DNA from: a virus
Length of the DNA stretch: 51,327 nucleotides
IMG/VR virus record: IMGVR_UViG_3300043640_000192
Span: 1-51,327 of that record
Reading direction: 5' to 3' (one strand)
Shown here: piece after piece, positions 48,983 to 51,327 of the stretch
How the letters are laid out: each line of letters starts with the position of its first letter
Numbering within the stretch: the stretch's first letter is position 1
Translations under genes and position numbers: made by a program
The notes under the pieces: model-generated
Databases searched by the model: none
The model's input: only the letters and a program-made list of their open reading frames with translations
Told to the model about the DNA's origin: nothing

Positions 48983-49267
48983 ATGACCTCGACTGCCCTG
49001 CTCGACCGCATCCCGGTTGACGAGATCAGCGAGCGTGCCCGGGCGGCGAAGCCTGGCCGCACCGCGCTGACAGTGATCGCCGGGGTGCTGTTCGGGCTGG
49101 GCTGGGTGACGGCGAAGACGCTGGGCACGCTGTGGCTGGCTGTGGCGTGGTGCGTGACGGCGGCGCGGCTGGGGTGGCGTGAGGCGCACGGTAACCAGCC
49201 GTCGCGGGCGTCGCTGCGCGAGGAGAACGACCGGCTGCGCCAGCAGCTCCAGCGGCTGGGCGCGTGA
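48983..49267 (+). CDS. Membrane protein (2 TM) with C-terminal coiled coil
   Basis: 'ALTVIAGVLFGLGWV', 'LWLAVAWCVTAA', 'LREENDRLRQQLQRL'. Confidence 0.5.
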   Translation: MTSTALLDRIPVDEISERARAAKPGRTALTVIAGVLFGLGWVTAKTLGTLWLAVAWCVTAARLGWREAHGNQPSRASLREENDRLRQQLQRLGA

Positions 49268-49395
49268 TGAGGCTGTGGCGTTTCCTGCGGCGCGTCCGGA
49301 AGCCCATCGTGCTGGACGGCAGCTTCCCCGACAGCGATTTCGAGCGGTGGATGGTTGCGTGGCTGACCAGGGCGGTGCATGGGCGGGAAAGTTAG
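49267..49395 (+). CDS. Small protein (42 aa)
   Basis: ATG overlaps the upstream TGA. Hand translation. Confidence 0.35.
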   Translation: MRLWRFLRRVRKPIVLDGSFPDSDFERWMVAWLTRAVHGRES

Positions 49396-49421
49396 GAATC
49401 CTCGGCTAGCTACCGGGGTTA

Positions 49422-49460
49422 GAGGGACCCTTGCGTGCTCCCAGGCCGCGAGGGTCCCTC
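49422..49460. terminator. 14-bp-stem hairpin
   Basis: 'gagggacccttgcg'-11 nt-'cgcgagggtccctc' (one G-U pair). Confidence 0.55.
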
Positions 49461-49482
49461 GCATACCTGGGAGATCTCGGAA

Positions 49483-50166
49483 ATGTTCTATGCCACATCG
49501 CTATCTGGTGAGCGCATCCCAGCTACACCGGAAATGCAGGCGGTCTGCCCGACCTGTAGCGCAGCGGTGGCGCCCAAGTGCGGGCAGATCGTAGCTTGGC
49601 ACTGGGCCCATCACGCACGCGAGGACTGCGACCCGTGGGCCGAGTCGGACACCACATGGCACCGGGACTGGCAGGCGTCCGCACCGCCTGGCCGCCGTGA
49701 AGTCGTCATGGGCCCGCACCGCGCAGATCTCGTCACCGCAACCGGCTGGGTTGTCGAGCTACAGCACAGCGGCATCTCCCCGGCGGAGATCGCCGAACGG
49801 GAAGCGTTCTACGGCGCCCGGATGATCTGGCTGTTCGACGCCTCCGAGGCCGCGACCGCAGGCCGGCTCGACATCCGGTACCCGTCAGGCGGCTACTTCG
49901 GCGACCCGGGCGAGTACGTCACATTCCGGTGGAAGCACCCGCGCAAGTCGATCGCCTGCTGCCAGCGGCGCGTGCTCCTCGACCAGGGCGATGGCTGGCT
50001 GCTGTCAATCCGCCGAATTTATCCGCATGGCCGCTGCGGTGGATGGGGCTACATGTTCCCGGCCGAAGATTTCCGCAGGTGGATAGACGGCATCCAGGAC
50101 GATGCACACCGTTCCCACGGTGTGACGGTCCACGCTGACAGCGTCCGCGATAGCACCGACGGCTAG
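49483..50166 (+). CDS. CoiA-like competence-family nuclease
   Basis: 'CPTCSAAVAPKCGQIVAWHWAH...ESDTTWH...HRADLVTATGWVVELQHSGISPAEIAEREAFYGARMIWLF' matches the CoiA family pattern. Confidence 0.6.
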   Translation: MFYATSLSGERIPATPEMQAVCPTCSAAVAPKCGQIVAWHWAHHAREDCDPWAESDTTWHRDWQASAPPGRREVVMGPHRADLVTATGWVVELQHSGISPAEIAEREAFYGARMIWLFDASEAATAGRLDIRYPSGGYFGDPGEYVTFRWKHPRKSIACCQRRVLLDQGDGWLLSIRRIYPHGRCGGWGYMFPAEDFRRWIDGIQDDAHRSHGVTVHADSVRDSTDG

Positions 50167-50703
50167 CTTCTGAGCGTGAAGCCGCTGGATGTCCAGCACC
50201 TTCTCCGGGGTCAGCCTGGTACGCCTCGTGTTCCGCGCCTGCTGGGCTGAGGTAGCCCACCGGCAGTTCCCGGGCTCGTAGTTCCCGTCGTTGTCGATCC
50301 GATCGAGCGTCATGCCGCGTGGCTTCTCGCCCATGTCTGCCAGGAACGCCGGATATTCACGCCACGCCTCGCAGACCGTGATGCCCCGGCCACCCCAGTC
50401 GGCCCAGCGGGGATGGTCCGGGTTGGTGCACCGCCCGATCATGTTCTGCCAGCTGTAGTAGGTCGGCGTCCTGCCAGACCGCGTCGCCAGCCCGTGCTTG
50501 GTGGAACGCGCGGCTGTCACCTCACGCCGCAGGCAGCCACAGCTCATGGTGGTGCCGCGCTGCAGCACCGAGCCACGGATGATCTTCCCGGTGCCGCACT
50601 CGCACCGGCAGCGCCAGCAGGCGTCACCTTTCAATGTGAAGCCGTACGACAGCACCAGCAGTCGGCCGAAACGCTGTCCGACCAGGTCTTTCCGCAGGGA
50701 CAT
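50005..50703 (-). CDS. HNH-type homing endonuclease with C-terminal HTH
   Basis: 'LVGQRFGRLLVL...CRCECG...YYSWQNMIGRCTNP...TLDRIDNDGNYEPGNCRWAT'. 162-nt convergent overlap with the CoiA-like gene. Confidence 0.7.
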   Translation of the reverse strand: MSLRKDLVGQRFGRLLVLSYGFTLKGDACWRCRCECGTGKIIRGSVLQRGTTMSCGCLRREVTAARSTKHGLATRSGRTPTYYSWQNMIGRCTNPDHPRWADWGGRGITVCEAWREYPAFLADMGEKPRGMTLDRIDNDGNYEPGNCRWATSAQQARNTRRTRLTPEKVLDIQRLHAQKLAVGAIADAVSVDRHTVGTVCIVLDAVYPPAEIFGREHVAPSTAAAMRINSAD

Positions 50704-50825
50704 ACCCGAATTATAGGGGTTGCTCGCTGGCTGCCACTGACCAAACGCCAATGACGCTCGGAAGGGGGTGGCCATGAGCCTGGTAGACCGCATCAACGCC
50801 GAATTCACTGAGGCACGCACCATCG

Positions 50826-51327
50826 GTGGGGTCCCCTGGCGATTACCGCCCCTGGGACAGTCCCTACGTCAGGTTCGACGCTGGCGGCCCGGCCCACCCA
50901 TCGGAGGCCACGGGCGGCGTTGAGGCGTCGCTGCGCCTCTCGCCGCTGTACTCAGGCACGCGGCTGCTCGCCGACGCGGTCGCCTCCCTGCCGCTGCAGC
51001 AGTACCGCAAGCTGCCGGGCGGCAAGCCGCAGCGGCTGGACACGCCCTCGCCGCTGCTGGCCAGGCCGTCGGCGACCGGCACCGTGTACGACTGGCTGTT
51101 CCAGGCGATGACGTCGCTGGTGCTGCAGGGCAACGCGTGGGGCTACATCACCGGCCGCGACGGCTACGGCTACCCGACCGGAATCGAGTGGCTCCCGGCC
51201 GAGCGGGTCCAGGTGCTGGATGACCCGGACCAGCCGTGGAACCCGATGCGGGCCCGGATCTACTTCTACGGCCGGCAGATGTCCCGCGACGAGCTGTTCC
51301 ACATCCGGGCGTTCAGCGTGCCGGGGA
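50826..51327 (+). CDS. Portal protein, N-terminal part (continues at 118-995 after circular closure). Conservative GTG start; see the finding on the ATG at 50774.
   Basis: Frame is continuous with ORF 3..995 through the terminal overlap. Peptide '...EASLRLSPLYSGTRLLADAVASLPLQQYRK' is typical of HK97-family portals. The frame opens after TAG at 50784, and the first in-frame start is GTG 50826, which has no SD. Confidence 0.75.
   Translation, partial: MGSPGDYRPWDSPYVRFDAGGPAHPSEATGGVEASLRLSPLYSGTRLLADAVASLPLQQYRKLPGGKPQRLDTPSPLLARPSATGTVYDWLFQAMTSLVLQGNAWGYITGRDGYGYPTGIEWLPAERVQVLDDPDQPWNPMRARIYFYGRQMSRDELFHIRAFSVPG
51211..51327. repeat. Terminal overlap copy 2 (identical to 1-117)
   Basis: Same 117-nt string as the window start. 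Confidence 0.95.

Overview
High-GC (about two-thirds G+C by eye) actinobacterial temperate siphovirus genome, complete in this window. Bases 1-117 are identical to 51211-51327, so this is a closed circular or permuted assembly of 51210 bp that was opened inside the portal gene. No searches were run; all calls come from motifs read by eye plus the ORF track.

Layout, in order:
- Head module: portal, HK97-type prohead protease and HK97-fold capsid (50826 -> wrap -> 3293).
- An unusually large insert between capsid and neck. It holds Cys-rich and Gly/Pro-rich small proteins, a methyltransferase / SDR epimerase / GT2 / GT-B block (4521-7472), and a 558-aa protein with about 7.5 Arg-rich tandem repeats.
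- Neck and tail: neck genes, a third CgeB-like glycosyltransferase, the tail tube, a reverse-strand low-GC-flanked cassette (lipoprotein, RHH-like ORF, EndoVII nuclease), a gp10-like protein, the tail chaperone, a tape measure with a lysozyme-like domain, and a 1011-aa Dit-like protein.
- Lysis cassette, then a 15-bp-stem bidirectional terminator (25217-25252).
- A leftward operon (30720 -> 25300): DUF397, DUF2637, two HNH genes, an FtsK/TraB-like translocase, and Zn-finger and membrane proteins. It faces a divergent GntR-type HTH.
- Large serine integrase, then a CI/Cro switch.
- Early operon: YqaJ exonuclease plus RecT, a C5 methylase, HNH genes, and a candidate origin with iterons and DnaA-box-like motifs.
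- Packaging: HNH, cos-like region, TerS, TerL, then a CoiA-like/HNH island just before the portal.

No rRNA, tRNA or CRISPR array was seen.

Most interesting observations:
1. An AICE/plasmid-like tra-spd-kor style module sits next to the integrase.
2. A virion glycan-modification island lies beside the Arg-rich repeat protein.
3. Three genes (portal, CgeB-like GT, RHH) have their SD-led or stop-coupled start codon in one frame and their body in the +1 frame. Two of the three junction windows contain a rare TTA codon.
4. A perfect 69-bp repeat and a 58-bp repeat form chimeric gene 3' ends.
5. The origin candidate carries iterons plus DnaA-box-like motifs.
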